Of a stretch of DNA of 64,000 nucleotides, positions 1 to 12,000 are shown piece by piece. Every line of letters starts with the position of its first letter. Positions within the stretch are counted from its first letter, which is position 1. Origin of the DNA: Lentisphaeraceae bacterium (GTDB lineage Bacteria; Verrucomicrobiota; Kiritimatiellia; RFP12; DVOR01); NCBI GenBank assembly GCA_004555175.1, contig SFJE01000012.1, positions 2,961 to 66,960 of the forward strand, in the 5' to 3' direction. The translations under genes were made by a program, and so were the position numbers. The notes beneath the pieces are model-generated. The model was not told the origin of the DNA. It worked only from the letters and a program-made list of their open reading frames with translations, and made no database searches.

Positions 1-1
1 G

Positions 2-3000
2 GGCGAGGCTGCGCGTGGGCGCTTGGAGATGAGCGGGATTGGCCCGGTGATGCTCGGCTTTGGCTGGAAGGCGCGCAATCTGCAGGCCACCACGGCGGTC
101 ACAACCACGATTACGGATATGCCCAAGCCCGCAACGATGGAAGGGGGCAAGTTTGAGATTTCCGCCGAGGAGGTGGCGCGGCAGGATGGGATGACGATTT
201 CAACGGAGAATGGCACGACCACCTTCAAGTGGGTCCTGCGCTATGGCAACGACTTCCTCTTCCCCAAGCAAGGGTGGTACACCGTCAAGATGGCGATGGG
301 GAGTGGTGGCACGGAGATGAATGTCACCGGCTTTAAGATTTACCGCGGCACCGGGCGGCAGGACGATTACACGCAGGACACGACGCTCCTCTTCGATGGC
401 ACGGCGGCCACCGCCGCTGCGCACGCGCCAACTAACGGCGACACGATGGGCGCGTTCAAGGGGCTGGACTTCACCTCGGGCTCGGGCGTCTCGCTCACCG
501 CCGGCGGCTCCTTCTCCTTCACCTTCTATATGCCGCAGGATCCCGAACGCCTCTTCCCGCGTTGGGAGCGTGATTGGGGCGACGAGCCGAAGTATAACGA
601 TATAGCCATTGAGATTACCGGCACCACCACCGGCACCTCCACCGGCACCTTCTCGGTGACGCCGCTGTGCACTGCCGCGGCCGCCACGGCCCCGAATGCC
701 ACTCAGGTGACGGTTGATGGCGACACGCTGGAGATTGGTTCGGCCTTCTCCACGTTCGATGCAAAGGTGGCCGACTTCGAGAATCTGCCGAAGGGCACGG
801 TGGCCGACCGCGTGGGCGACCGCGTGATGGAGCTCTTGGGGTTGCAGGCCGATGCCTCGGGCACGGTCTCGACGAACGAGAACTACATCGCCGCCCTCAC
901 CTACGCCGACTTCTTCTACGAGCACCAGTCTGAACGCGGCTTTAGCGGCAAGGTGGCCGAAGTGCTCCAAAAGGACCTCAACGCGCAGGAGGCTATCAAC
1001 GCCCTCTTGGCTGATAAGACCTGGTTGACCGACCTGCTCACCTCCGGCCCCAGCTCCGTCGAGGCGCTCATCTACAATGGCTCGGCCGACTTTAGCAACA
1101 ATAAGGCGCAGATGCGCGCCGATCTTATCGACCGCTTCGTCTGTGTCTGGAACTTTGACAAGATCTATGTGAACACGCAGACAAAGGCCGGCACCTTCAC
1201 CGATCGCCGCGGCAAGCTCGCCGCCGCGCCCGGCACCACCTACTATGACGCCTTCCTGCGCCGGATGGCCGTGGCCGCCGCCCTCAATAACACGCCCAAG
1301 AGCAATGGCCTCTTCTTCCACACCTGGCTCTGCTATCGCGACTTTGCCAACCGCGCCCTGCTCCATGGCGACTTCTATTGCCAGACGCCCTACCAGATGC
1401 GCATGGCCTACAACTCGCTCTCCTATTCTACCCTCGACCTGATGCACTCGGTCAAGACCGCCCCTACGCGCATTGACTACATCAACGGCACCGCCTGGCA
1501 GACCAACTACCGCACCTGGAACTTCTTTGGCGACTCCATCTTCGGCTCGGATTACTATCGCCCCTGGTCCAACTCCATCCTCACGGGCTTGGCGCTCGGC
1601 CGCGAGATTGGCGCGGTCTGCGGCGGCATCTCGAAGTATGGCGCAATGGCGGCGAACTCCTCGGGCCGCCGCTCGATCACCGCCGGTCAGCCCGGTCACT
1701 GCGCCGGCACCCACCGCACCTTCGATGGCTCCTTCTGGGAGATCGACTCCAACGTCAACAAGTACACGGGCAACCACTACCAGCTCTATGGCCTTTCCGC
1801 CTATCCCTCCATCGAGTGCTTTGATGACGTCTTTGACGACCCGCGCACCCGCGAGGGCTATCGCATTCTCTGGGCCGCCCGCTTGCGTGCATTGCGCTTT
1901 GGTAATAACGACCCCGGTACCCTAGAGCTCTACTTCCGCGCCATCGAGCACGCCCCGCTCTGCTATCAGGCCATCACGGAAACGCGCGACTTCTTGACCG
2001 CGAACTATCCCAAGCGTGGCGACCTCTGGCTCCGCTGGGCCGACGACGTCACCTACGGCTTCTGGCGCTACCCGATGGTGGGCTGGACGCTCCTCGCCAC
2101 CCCCCTGGCCACGCCCATTCGCGAAACCTACGGCAACGAGGCCTATCTGGCCACCTTCAAGCAACTGCAGGTGCGGATGCACGATACCAACCGCAAGACG
2201 CGCGAATCCTACGACTACCTTTCCTATATGCTCAACAACGCGCTGCTTGCCAACTTCTCCGGCAACGAGCTCCTCTCGATCCTCGGCACCACCTTGGATG
2301 CGCGCTATGGCACCGAGCGCTTTACCGAGTTGGTGAACTGGGGCAACTCCTACTATGGCTCGGACATTGCCTATCAGACGATGCTCGATGCCGTTTACAA
2401 GGCCAATGGCAACACCCTCGGCCTCTCGCGCACCTGTATGGAGACGCTCCTGGCCGCCTCGCAGAACAGCGCCGTGGCTACCTTCCGCGAGATGAACGAC
2501 CTCTATCGCGCCCTCTTCCACAAGGATGATGCGAATTATCCCATCGTCTCGGAGGACGAGCCGCTCTATTCGCAGGAGATGCTCTCGGCCAACGGCTGTA
2601 TCACCCTCTCCTCTTACCCCACGCTCAACGTCTCGGGCACGGTTGAAGACCTCCACCAGTCGGCCTTGGCCTTCTGCGATGGCCAGCGCGTGATTGATGA
2701 CTCCGCCTTCGCCACCTACGCTGTCTGGACCCAGGAGCAGTATGACGAACCCTGGGTGATGGTCCAGCTCCCGGGTGATGCCGAAATCTTCGGCGTGGTG
2801 GTGCAGAATGGCGATGAGCCTGTCACCGTCTATGTGGAGCACTCGGCCGATGGCAATAGCTGGAGCACCCTCTTGGCCAACCGCTCGCTCGCAGCCAAGG
2901 AGATTCTCCAGGTCCCCTACGATGGCTCGACCGTGAGCCGATATGTCCGCATCCGCAGACCCAACCCCAATGGTGATGGCCTGCGATTGCACCTCTATAA

Positions 3001-3031
3001 GGTGCAGGTCTTTGCCAAGCGCCGCTACTAA
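2..3031 (+). CDS. Large hypothetical protein, probably truncated at its 5' end by the window edge, with a transglutaminase-like Cys-His-Asp core and a C-terminal discoidin (F5/8 type C)-like domain
   Basis: ORF track gives 23..3031 (1002 aa, TTG start), but the frame stays open back to nt 2 and no SD precedes nt 23 or 29. The string GAVCGGISKYGAMAANSSGRRSITAGQPGHCAGTHRTFDGSFWEIDS (nt ~1600-1750) has the G-x-C ... GH ... W-x-x-D spacing of transglutaminase-like cysteine peptidase cores. The last ~150 aa (WVMVQLPGDAEIFGVVVQN...SWSTL...RYVRIRR) look discoidin-like. Confidence 0.75.
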   Translation, partial: GEAARGRLEMSGIGPVMLGFGWKARNLQATTAVTTTITDMPKPATMEGGKFEISAEEVARQDGMTISTENGTTTFKWVLRYGNDFLFPKQGWYTVKMAMGSGGTEMNVTGFKIYRGTGRQDDYTQDTTLLFDGTAATAAAHAPTNGDTMGAFKGLDFTSGSGVSLTAGGSFSFTFYMPQDPERLFPRWERDWGDEPKYNDIAIEITGTTTGTSTGTFSVTPLCTAAAATAPNATQVTVDGDTLEIGSAFSTFDAKVADFENLPKGTVADRVGDRVMELLGLQADASGTVSTNENYIAALTYADFFYEHQSERGFSGKVAEVLQKDLNAQEAINALLADKTWLTDLLTSGPSSVEALIYNGSADFSNNKAQMRADLIDRFVCVWNFDKIYVNTQTKAGTFTDRRGKLAAAPGTTYYDAFLRRMAVAAALNNTPKSNGLFFHTWLCYRDFANRALLHGDFYCQTPYQMRMAYNSLSYSTLDLMHSVKTAPTRIDYINGTAWQTNYRTWNFFGDSIFGSDYYRPWSNSILTGLALGREIGAVCGGISKYGAMAANSSGRRSITAGQPGHCAGTHRTFDGSFWEIDSNVNKYTGNHYQLYGLSAYPSIECFDDVFDDPRTREGYRILWAARLRALRFGNNDPGTLELYFRAIEHAPLCYQAITETRDFLTANYPKRGDLWLRWADDVTYGFWRYPMVGWTLLATPLATPIRETYGNEAYLATFKQLQVRMHDTNRKTRESYDYLSYMLNNALLANFSGNELLSILGTTLDARYGTERFTELVNWGNSYYGSDIAYQTMLDAVYKANGNTLGLSRTCMETLLAASQNSAVATFREMNDLYRALFHKDDANYPIVSEDEPLYSQEMLSANGCITLSSYPTLNVSGTVEDLHQSALAFCDGQRVIDDSAFATYAVWTQEQYDEPWVMVQLPGDAEIFGVVVQNGDEPVTVYVEHSADGNSWSTLLANRSLAAKEILQVPYDGSTVSRYVRIRRPNPNGDGLRLHLYKVQVFAKRRY

Positions 3032-3052
3032 GCGAAGAAAGGAGGATACACC

Positions 3053-6000
3053 ATGAAGATGATTGCTTCCCTTTCCTTCGCTCTCCCGGTTCTCAAGCGC
3101 GCCTCGCGCTGGGGTGGGGCACTCCTGCTCGCTGCCGCTTGCCTGGCCGCCCCGTTGCGCGCCCAGGAGGTCGCCGAAGATCCGCCCGCAGAAGTGGAGA
3201 CCGCCCTCCCGGTCATCACCATCCCGGCCGAGGCCGCAGAGGACTCGGTGGTGGAGATTGCCAATGGCACCTATGCGCCCTTGAACCTGCTCACCGAAAC
3301 GCGCACCCTTACCCTGCGTGCCGCCAACCCGGGCCAGGTCATTATCGAGGGCGGCAACACCGAGCGCTGCGCCACCCTCCCAGACAACATCACCCTCGAG
3401 GGCTTTGTCCTCCAGAACGGCAAGGCCCGCCAGGGCGGCGGTCTGCGCGGCGGCGTCTTTCTGAACGGCACCATCAGCAACTGCTCGGCCGTCTTCGGTG
3501 GCGGCGCCTACGAGGCCAAGGTGGTCAATTCGGAGGTGATTGGCTGCTCAGCCGAGTTCTTCGGCAACGCGCTCTATGGCGGTTCGGCCTTCTCCTGCCG
3601 GATTATTGGCAACCACGCCGCTGACTATGGGGCCGGTATGGCCGCGCTCTTCGGCACGAAGGCTGCCAACTGCTTATTGGCGGAGAATACCACGCCCTGC
3701 GACACCGCCGGCGCCCTCGCCTCCCCAGTGCAGAATATGCTCCTCTACAAGAACACGGCCACGAAGGGCACCGCGATGACGGCCGAGGCGATGGCACAGG
3801 ATGTCTGTGTCAATGGGGTCGAGGAGGCCAAGGTGGTCACTGCCGAGGCCGGTCTCTTCAAGGATGCTGCAGCGGGGGATTACACCCTCAACCTGGATCA
3901 CGGGACGGTCAACACCGCCCTCAAGGACAAGGGCGATAGCGCCCTCGGCGGCTTCTACGATCTGCTCTGGCACGCCACCGACTTTGCCGGTCGGCCGCGT
4001 ATCCTCGGCACCGACATCGATATCGGCCCCTACGAAATCGCCGACACCGTCACGGTCACCTGCACGGTGATTGGAGCCGGTGAGGTCACTGCTTCGGCCA
4101 AGACCGTCCAGGAAGGCGACACGGTCACCTTCACCGCTAGCAAGATTTCGGGCTATGAGCGTGACTTCCTTGGCTTCTATGTCAATGGTGAACTGCGCAC
4201 CACCAAGATGACCTTCTCTCTGGCCATTACCAACAGCGATGTCATCGAGGCCCGCTTCCAGGGTCTCTCGGCCACGACCGAGAACTTTGCCACGCAGATT
4301 GGTGCACTCCATCCCACCCTGCGCGAAGAGCTTCTCCTGGCTGATGGCGCTTACACCCTGGATGCCAACACCGTTCCCGACAGCAAGCAGATTACCTTCA
4401 AGGGCACGACCCTTGGCGGGACCACCCTCTCGGTCTCGGGGGACCTCAAGGGTGCCATCCTCGTTAACGCCACGGTCAATTGCACGGCCGCGCTCTCCAA
4501 TGTCACGCTCCACCGCTGCTTGGTGAGTGGCCTCACGGGCATTGAGCATATCACCGTCACCTCCTCGATCTTGAAGACGATGCCTACCAGCCTGACCGCC
4601 ACGCTGGCGAATGTCACGGTCTACGGTTCGGGCGATTTGCCGGGGACGGTCGCGGCCATCAACTGCCTGGTGCTGAATACCGACATCTCGGCGGAGAACT
4701 TCGACTGGGTGGGGCAGGCCATCCTGCCGAAGGGGAGCGACTCCATCGATGCCGGCACGAGTCTCTCGCTGACGCCCTACGACAATCTGGATATCGCCGG
4801 CCGTCCGCGCTCGATGGGGCACGCTATCGACCTGGGCGCGCACGAGTGCTTCTATGTGGCGATGACCGTCGCGGCCGAGGGCGAGTATACCACCCTCACG
4901 CCTGAGCCCGGTGTGCACGACTATCTTGCTGGCGACACGCTGGCCTTGGCCTACACCTCCTCGCGCGCCTTCTTGGGTTGGACGCTCAATGGCGAAGCGT
5001 TGGGCACCGAAGTGAACTCCCTCGTCATTCCCGAAGAGTCCATCCAGGTCCTTACGGCCACCTTCCAGGGTTTCACCCTGAGTAGCGGCGCAGCCTTCCC
5101 CGAAGGGGCCACCTCCAAGGACACTATCACCCTGGGCGAGGGCTCCTATAACTGGGAGGGTGTCTCCACCGAGGCCAAGATTGTCGGCACCGGCACCCAA
5201 AGCGAGGTGACGATTACCGGCTCGATCACGGGCGGCCGCTTCGAGGCCATCACCCTCAACGCCACGCTCACTAATGCCACCCTCAATCGCTGCTTGGTCA
5301 AGGGCGGCATGCTGACCAATTGCACGGTGGCGAACTCGGTCATCGAGGCCGCGACCCTCACTGGCGGTACCTACGTCAACAACACCGTCCTCTCGGGCAT
5401 TACGCTGCCTTCTGGCGCGGTCAACACGCGCACGGTCTCGGCTGTTCAGGCGGACTACACCCCGGCTGTCACCGACACGACCGTGGTCGATAGCGGCTCT
5501 GAACTCAATGACTACCAGAAGACCCTGGTGGGCGACCTGGATTACTACGGCAATCCGCGCGTCAACAATGTGCGTATCGACCTCGGTGCCGCCGAGTATG
5601 TGTGGTCCCCCTACACCGTCACCATCGCGGTGGTTGGCCACGGCTTGGTCGAACCGCGCGGCGCAGTGGAGGTGGTGCGCGGTCAGAGTTTGACCTTTAC
5701 GGCTAAGGAAGACCCCAAGCACACGCGCGGCACGCCGGTTGTCACGGTGGGCTCGGAGGAGCTCTCCGGGACCGACAGCCACTACACCTACACGCCGACG
5801 GCAGACAATACGGTCATTACCGTCACCTTCACCGGGCTGGCTGTTGGCGAGCGTGAACGCTATAAAACCATCTCTGCGGCCATTGCCGAGGCGCAGGATG
5901 GCGAAACCATCACCGTTCAGGCGGGGACCTACCTCGAGCGCGTGGATGTCAAGACCAAGAAGCTGCGTATCGTCGCCGCCGAGGCCGATGCCACCAAGAC

Positions 6001-9000
6001 CATCATCGATGCCAATCACGAGGGGCGTGCGGTCACGCTCAACGAGAACTCCGAGATTATCGGCTTCACCATCATCAACGGTGCGGCTAGCGAGGGCGCC
6101 GGTGTGCGCGGCGGTACGGTCCGCCGTTGTATCATCCACGATAACACGCTCACCTACAACGGCTTCGGTGGCGGCGTCTATGGCGCCTTTGCCGAGAGTT
6201 GCTTGATTTACAACAATGGCTCGGCCACTCAGCGTTCGAGCGGCGGTGGTGCCTCGAACAGCGAGTTGCTCAACTGCACCGTGGCCGCCAACGCAGCCGA
6301 AAAGGGTGGCGGTCTCTATGACTGCACGGCCAAGAACTGCGTCATCGCTCTCAATACCGACCTCACCGGCACCGCTTCCGACTGGGCGGGCGACTCCATC
6401 GAGCCCGCGCCGGATGATTGCTGCACGCCCACGACCGGTGGCATCACCGTCGAGGCAAACAAGATCTTCGTGCGCCCCGAGAGCGCCGACTTCCGTCTGC
6501 GCGAGGGGATTGCCTGCCTCAATGCTGCGGCTGCCGATGAGCGCCTGAGCGCCCTGGATGTCTTTGGCACCCAGCGGCCTTACGGCACGGGAACCGATAT
6601 GGGCGCGATTGAGTGGAATGCACCCGACTATGTTGTGACCCTGAGCTTCAATAGCCGCAGTCAGGCCACGATGGTCGTCAATGAGGGCGACAGCACCGCG
6701 CAGACCTACACCTGTGCTTGGAATGGCTCCCTGGCCGCGCGCACCTTCACCGTGCCGCGCTTCAAGGCCGATGGCACCACCCGCACCGAAATCAAGCTCA
6801 CCTGGACCAAGGCGACGGGCTCTGCAACCGTGCGCGACCTCTCGGGCATTCTCCTGGATGGGGGCACGCTCTCGGGCTCTTCCGCCGCTGCGGATGCCGC
6901 CGGCTTCACTTGGCAGGTGACCTCCGAGAACACCGTTAATGTCGACCTCTCCTTCCAGGCCGAGAGCTTGACGGTGGCTCCTGGGGGCAAACTTAGTCAG
7001 GCGCTCGACGATGCCACGCCGGGCGAAACCATCAAGTTGCAGGATGGCGACTACAATCTTGCCGTCTCCGTTGGCGAAGGCGTGACCCTCGAGGGTACCG
7101 GCAGCTCCTCGCTCCTGCAGGGCGCCACCCTAGCCGATGGCGCGATCTTGAAGGGCGTCACCGTCACGGGCGCGCCCGTGGTGGGTCCGGAAACGGGTTC
7201 GGCCACCTTGCTCCACAGCATTGTCACCGGCGTGACCGATGGGGCTGGCGCCGTGAAGCAGAACGTGGTGGTCAAGTCCTCGCTCATTCACAACAACGCA
7301 GCCGGTCTGGGCGCGAATGTGACGGCTTACCTCTCGACGGTGGCCGACACCGATGGCACCGCCCTGGCCGCAACGGCCAAGGCCTACGGCTGCGCCATTT
7401 GGCGCTATAGCCGCTTGGCCGAGACGGGGGCCGAGATAGTCGATTGCTGGGCTGGCATTGAGCCCGGCTTCCTGGCGCCCGCCCCGGAAGGCGAGGACTA
7501 TCACCTCTCCGCCCACTCCGAGCTCATCGATGCCGCCGGCACTGCCCAGTGGCCCGGATTCACCGAGGCCGACCGCGCGTTGACCGACCTGGCCGGTCAG
7601 CCGCGCAACCTCTTGCAGGGCTACGACTGTGGCGCCTATGAGTATCAGGGCACGGCCACAGTGACCGACTGGACTTGGTTCGGCTCGGCCGCCTCGATGG
7701 ACGGCGACCTCGCCGGTGCCGGTTGGCGGCAGATGACCCTGGGTTCGGCCCATGCGCTCCCGGCCAATGTCGCTGCCGTCTGGGCGGACCGCAATGGCTA
7801 CCCCGAGGCGAATGTCCGTGCGGATGCGCCCCTGACGCTCTCGGCGCTGACGATTAAAACGGTGAATACCTGCTTCGCCCTCTTGCAGGGCTCCGAGGCC
7901 GGCCGCGTGACCGTGACGGGCACGCTGATGAAGTCGGCCGCCTCCTCCCTCGTCCTGGCCGGTCCCCTGACTGTTCAGGGCGGCACCACCCTCTCGGCCG
8001 GTACCGTCACCGTTGCCGAGGGGGCCGACATCAAGGCGGCCAACGTCACCCTCAACGGCTCGACCACCTTCCGCCAGACGGGGGGCAACTTCACCTTCGG
8101 CAACTTCTTCTACGTGCGCGACACGGGCACCTTCTCGCTTGAAGGCGGCACCTTCAAGGGCGGTGAGCTCTCGCTGGCCAAGGGTTCCAATCAGACGGCG
8201 CTTGTCTTCGCCGGGGCCGATGTCACCCTCACGCGCATTGAAACCGGCGACGAATCGGGCGCGCGCTATGGCGACATCATTCAGACTGGCGGCACCGTCA
8301 CGCTCACCGGCTCGGGCTCGGGGAAGAGCGCGCCCTTGCACATCTCCCACTGGCCGGGTTCCTCCACCTATTCGCTGCGTGGCGGCACCCTCTATGTTCC
8401 CAATGGCGAAGTGCGTTTGGGCCAAGATGGCACGGGCACCCTGAGCCTGGAGGGCGGCGTGGCGAAGATTCGCTCGATTGGCCGCTCGAACGGCTCGGTG
8501 GTTCTCGCCGGCGGCACCTTCCACGCCTTGGAGTCGCAGGCGCTCAACTACGTCTCCTACAAGAGCGGCACCGAGTCGCGCCTGGAGGTGGCCGATGGCA
8601 AGAAGACGCTCACCTTCTATGGCACCACCGATTCCTCGAACACCGGCGGCTTGACGCTGGGCCCGGGTAACTTTGTGGCCTATAACACCATCGCCAAACG
8701 AAACCTCACCCTCTCGGCCGGTACGTGCTTGACCCTCTCGACCGCCGACGGCGAGGCGCTTACCGATCGTGGTGCCCTCAACCTCGCTTCGCCCTACACC
8801 CTGACCGTCCCGGGTGAAGGGGAGGTGCCGGTCCTTACCGGCACTCTACAGGCCGCGCCTCTCGCCGTGGCGAAGGACCTGCCGCTCAACACCAGCACGC
8901 TGGTCTTGCAGGTGAAGGGTTCTGTCTCGGGACTGACCTCGGCCTATGAGAACTGTTATGAGATTACAACCCAGCCGGCGGAGGATAATACCGAGATAAC

Positions 9001-12000
9001 AAATGTCTACGTTAAGCAAATCCTAAACCGCCCCGCTTCTTCGACTATCCCGGTCTTGACGGTCTCGGGACAGACAGACTGGGATACGGCTGCCAAGTGG
9101 TCGACCGGGAGCGTGCCCGCTGCGACAACGCCCGTGATTGTGCGGGCAACGGAAACCGCCACGCTGAAGATGCCGATCGGTGGCACCTTGGCGCAGGTCA
9201 CCTTTGATGTGGCCGAGGGTAAGACGCTGACGCTTGATAATTATAATGCCACTATCGCGGAGTTGCGCCTGATTGGTGCGGGCACGCTTGACCTTGGTAC
9301 GGTCGCGCGGCTCTCTTACACGAACCAGACGGCCTTCTCCGGCACGATGGTGGTCTCGCATGCGAGCCAGGAACTAAAGGAAGCGACCATCAAGAATCAG
9401 CACCTGCGCTTTGCGGTGAACTACGCGCTGGGGAGTTGCGCCGGATTCACGCTTGCTGGGGGCATCGAAGTGGCCGCTGAGAAGACGCTCACCTGCGACT
9501 CCTCCCTCGCCGGGGGTGAAGCACGGGTGGAGGCCGGAGCGACTGTTGTCATTGGCCAGGGCTGTACCAACCGCCTCAACTTCACGGCCGCAGATGGGCA
9601 AGTGATTACCCTCGCTGCCGGAACGACTGGCACGAACCCTGCCTACCTCGGCGGTAATGTCAACGCTCAAAACTGGAAGATTACCGACGACAATGGAACC
9701 TCCACCAAGGGGTTGACCCTCACGGGCTCGGTGACGCTGGCCACGCCGCCGACCTCTGGCAAGCTGGCGGCCTCCGCCCTCTCCTCGCTGACCCTGAAGA
9801 GCGGAAAGTTGACCCTCGCCTCTGCCTGGGCGATGCCCGCCGGGGCCGTCAAGGCCGGTGCTGGGCGCGTCACCCTGCCCTCCGGCTCTTCGATGGCGGG
9901 CTCAGCCACCTTCCGCGGTCCGATTGCCTTTGCCGAGGCAAAGACCTTCTCGGTCTCGGGCGACCTGGTCTTCCGCGATGGATCGGTCATTTACCTGCCA
10001 ATTGGAGCCACCTTCTCGGCCACCGGTTCTCTGGTCGTTGAGCCGGGCACCCGCGTGGTGCTTACCGGCACGCCAGAGGCGACGCAGGAGGTCGATCTTT
10101 TCAAGTCCACCCAAGCCGGAGGCCTCTCCATTAGCACCCTCACGGAGGTGGCCTTGGCGCTTGAGAACCCGCCTGCGGACAAGGTGGTCACTCTTACGCC
10201 CTATCTTACGGCTGCGGGGGTCTATGGCTACACCCTCACGCTGACCGAGCCCAATATCTGGACTGGCGCCACCGATAGCAACTGGTCTAATGCCGCCAAT
10301 TGGAGCAACGACACCGTGCCTGCTGATGGGGCCGCCGTCTCCTTCCCGGATTCGGTGGATAACAAGGCGGTGACGATTGATACCGCCATTGCCCCTTCGG
10401 CCATCCGCGTGGTGGGCAACTACACCTTCTCCGGCAACGGTCCCATCACGAGCAAGCCGGCCATCGCGCAGAGCGCCGGGGAGGTCACTTGGAATCTCTT
10501 CCCGAAGGCAGGCTCCTACGACGTTGCCTCCGGCGCGACGGCTGTCATCTCCTCCGCCGATGGCTACTACGAGGGACGCTTTACCGGCGATGGAACGGTT
10601 CGCGTGACCGGCACGCTGGAACTCGGGGCGAGCTCAATTGCCTTCCAGGGCAGGTTCGAGGTCAACCAGGGCCAACTTGCCCTTCGCCTCGGGGCGGCGA
10701 CTGCCTCGGCCGGGGTCAACCTCGTTGGTGGCACCCTCAAAACGAAGGTTCCGGCCACCGTCTCCAAGTTGGACCTCTCGGGGACATCCTCCCTCGTGCT
10801 GCCCCTTTCGGCCCCGCTCACCGTCACCGATGCCTTCACGGCTTCTGGCACGGTCTTCATCGCGGTCGATGCGATTCCCGAAGAAGCGGGCTTCTGGTTG
10901 TTGATGACCCTCCCCGAGGAGGCGGCAGAGACGACCTTCGGGCTGACGACCAACTCTGCGAGCGACACTTACCGCGCCGGCGTGGTCCAGCGTGGCCGCG
11001 AGGTCTTCCTCGCCGTCTACGACTCCACCCAAATTGCTTGGGCAGGCACGGGCACCGGGGCAGATAAGTGGGTCATCAACACCTCCGCCATTGAGGCAAC
11101 TGAAACGGCCAACAAGGTTGTTTGGTTCCACGATGTCGATGGGGTAGGGGAGCCGACCGTCTCGCTGCCTGAGACCCCGACCTCGGTCATGGTCACGGCG
11201 CAGACCACGCACTTTACGCTGGAGGGGACCTTTGGTGCTGTGCCCGTCACGGTCCAGTCCGGCGCGAGCGTCACCTTGGCCGCGACGGATATGACCCTGA
11301 GCACCTTCGTCAACGATGGCACGGTCACCGTCACCGGCACGCTTGACCTCACGAATACCACCTTCTCCGGCACCGGCACCTTCATCGCTGGCACCGGTGG
11401 CACCATCAAGGTGACGGCCCAGCAGTTGGCCGCTACCACCAACCTCTTCAAGCGCGGCGGCGGCAGGCTCGAGGTCTCCGGCGGGAATTCGAATTACACC
11501 TATCCCTCTGGTGCCCTCTCCGGCGGCACAGCCGAGGGCGCGGAGTCTGGCGAGCTAGTCAAGACGGGCACGGGCACGCTCTACCTCCAGCCGACGGCCT
11601 TTAACGAGTCGCTCACCATTCAGGAGGGCTCGGTAGCGCTCTCCGGCACGATTGCCCTCAAGGCGCGCTACTTCAAGTTCGAGATCTACGAGCGCTTCAA
11701 CGACACAGCCAATACCCAAAATGCTTGGAACTGGGTCTCTTGGAACTGGGCTCCCAGCACCTGGCTGGGCCTGAGCGAGGTGGCCCTCACGCTCTCTGGC
11801 GAGCGCCTTGCCTGGCCAGAAGGCTCCTCGATTATCTACTTCGATGGCGGCGTGCTCGACAGCGTTGTCCTTGGGATGGGCAATCGCACCTCCTTCTGCG
11901 ATGGCCAAATCACCAACCTCCTCGATGGCAACACGGCCACGCAGTTCCGTTGGCTCGACAACTATCAGTATGCCTCTTACGGTCAAGGAGCGAACCCGCG

